Source of the DNA: Myxococcota bacterium | GTDB lineage: Bacteria; Myxococcota_A; Polyangia; Nannocystales; Nannocystaceae | Reading direction: 5' to 3' | Length of the DNA stretch: 64,000 nt | NCBI GenBank assembly: GCA_039028615.1 | Contig: JBCCHT010000022.1 | Location: 147,026 to 211,025 of the forward strand | Shown: piece after piece, positions 59,746 to 64,000 of the stretch | Layout of the letters: every line of letters starts with the position of its first letter | How positions within the stretch are numbered: position 1 is the first letter of the stretch | Position numbers and translations under genes: made by a program | The notes under the pieces: model-generated | The model's input: the letters and a program-made list of their open reading frames with translations, nothing else | What the model was told of the DNA's origin: nothing | The model's database searches: none

Positions 59746-59927
59746 TGGCGCACAGTGTACCCCGCCGTCGCCAAACGACGAGGAATGCCGAGGGCGGTCT
59801 CGCACGTGGAGGGTGCGAGTGACGGACACACCCGAATGATCGGACGCTGTCGCAATGACCGGGTATGCTTCGTTCGCCTGCCGATCGTGCCGCTCTCGGA
59901 ACACGGTCCCGTTGCTGCATTGGCCCG

Positions 59928-62618
<2,691 letters not shown>

Positions 62619-62781
62619 CGAAGGCGTTCCATGACTCGTTTTCGAGCGTGCGTGTTCACGGTCGTCGGCATATGCGATCGCCATTACCAATTGCCGGATC
62701 TGCCGGGTGCTCCACTGCACAGTTTGTGCAAAGTCCATCGATCCACGGGTGCATCGGTTCTGCTCGCGCTTCACTCGAAGC

Positions 62782-63787
62782 ATGGCAACAGTGTCCCCCC
62801 GCACCGCCCTCCTCGCCGCTGCCCTCTGCCTGAGCCCGGCCGTCGCCTCGGCCGAGGTCAACTACGACCTGGGCGTGCTCGGCAACATCACCTTCCCTTC
62901 CGATCAGTCCTTCGCCGACCGCGTCGTCTCCGTGGAGTTCGGCGGAACCGACGTCTGGTGCAGCGACGACGCGCCCCAGTGCGTCTGCAACGACCTCGAC
63001 ACCTACCTCGACGGCCCCCTGGGCGCCCCCCTGCCCTATTCCAGCATCACCCTGGGAGACGACGGGGAGACCGGCGGCTCGCTCATCGTCGAGTTCACGG
63101 ACAACGTCCTCGTAGACCAGAGCGGCTATCCGCAGACCGGCGGCCTCGATCCCGATGCCGACCTGTTCGTCTATGAAGGCGGAGCGATCACCGAGGGCGT
63201 CTATGTGTCGATCAGCGAAGACGGCACCAATTGGATCGAGTTTGGCCCTCGTGAGAATTGGCCCATTGCCATCGACATCGGCCTGCACCCCGACGTCTTG
63301 CCCGGGCAACAGTTCCGCTTCGTACGACTCGAGGAGATCGTCGACGCCTCGTCCCCACGACCTCCAGTGCTGGTCGGGCGCGGACATCGTGGCCATTGGC
63401 GCGATCGGCTCGATCGACTCCACCTGTACCAACACGCCCAAGCAGTGGCGACAAATGACCGAGTGGCCCGTCGAGAGCCTCACCTACTGGGGCTGGCCAT
63501 GGACGGCGGGGCACCTGTGGTCGTTCCTCGGGTGGCGCAGCGACGACCCCTCGGTGGTCCTCATGCAGCAGCTCATCGCGGTGGATCTCAACATCGCGGC
63601 CGGAGCCCAGCGGCACGAGATCCACGAGGCCCGCGACGCCGCCGAGCAGCTGCTGTGGGAGACCAACGTGGGCTTCAATCCCCAGGGTCCGGTCCGCGAC
63701 GAGCTGATGGCCTTGGCCGGCGAGCTACGGGCGTGGAACGGGGGCGACTACGGCCCTGGTGCCTGCGAGTCCGACGAAGGGCTATAG
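62782..63787 (+). pseudogene. Secreted protein gene interrupted by a +1 frameshift near 63353-63356 (pseudogene or sequence error)
   Basis: Signal peptide and domain ...FRFVRLEEIVDASS in one frame; the expected continuation HDLQCWSGADIVAIGAIGS... lies in the +1 frame, up to TAG 63787. Confidence 0.8.
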
Positions 63788-64000
63788 GTCGCGCTCGAGA
63801 CTCGGCGGCAGGTACACGTCGTGCCCGCCGAAGCGCTCCTTGAAGGCGGTGAAGCCCTCCCAGCGTTCGTGACGATCGGGCAGCCGTTCGTCGCGAACGC
63901 CCACGAAGTCGAACAGGTCGCAGCCATGCCGGACGGCGGCCTGAAGCGCAGCGAAGACCATGCCCGTGCCGACCTTGCTCGAGCGGGCGTCCGCCGAGCT
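63782..64000 (-). CDS. 3' end of a FemAB/FemX-like (GNAT) peptidyltransferase
   Basis: Own translation ...MVFAALQAAVRHGCDLFDFVGVRDERLP...WEGFTAFKERFGGHDVYLP* matches the FemABX C-terminal FDFxG...FKxxFGG pattern. Confidence 0.75.
   Translation of the reverse strand, partial: SSADARSSKVGTGMVFAALQAAVRHGCDLFDFVGVRDERLPDRHERWEGFTAFKERFGGHDVYLPPSLERDL

Noticed and set aside
63782..63787. Convergent genes sharing palindromic stop overlaps (CTATAG here; CTAG at 14745 and 52303)
   Set aside because: Ordinary compact convergent overlaps with no evidence of special function.

Overview
High-GC chromosomal segment from a myxobacterium, probably Nannocystaceae-like. The assignment rests on MYXO-CTERM sorting tails, a myxobacterial disulfide repeat, many lipoproteins with S/T/G/D-rich linkers and three TPR-containing Ser/Thr kinases. 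About 47 CDSs are supported. Housekeeping genes include panB, Fe-SOD, sppA, mutS2, a phosphohexomutase, marC, a MoxR ATPase and VWA protein, an L,D-transpeptidase and an antiporter. I saw no tRNA, rRNA, CRISPR array or transposase. Best candidates for undescribed biology: (1) a stand-alone FAAL-desaturase-ACP (JamABC-like) triad flanked by a divergent His-rich membrane protein and a GNAT, with no PKS/NRPS (5998-11480); (2) a translationally coupled pair of an NPPPP/Cys-repeat lipoprotein and a ferritin-like di-iron enzyme (2473-3695), possibly a protein-modification system; (3) a bacterial thaumatin-like lipoprotein; (4) three tandem metzincin paralogues, two with degenerate Zn sites; (5) a window-wide pattern of TANNNT boxes 5-10 nt before start codons, suggesting extensive leaderless transcription. 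One secreted-protein gene is frameshifted near 63355. All product calls come from motif recognition by eye; no database search was run.
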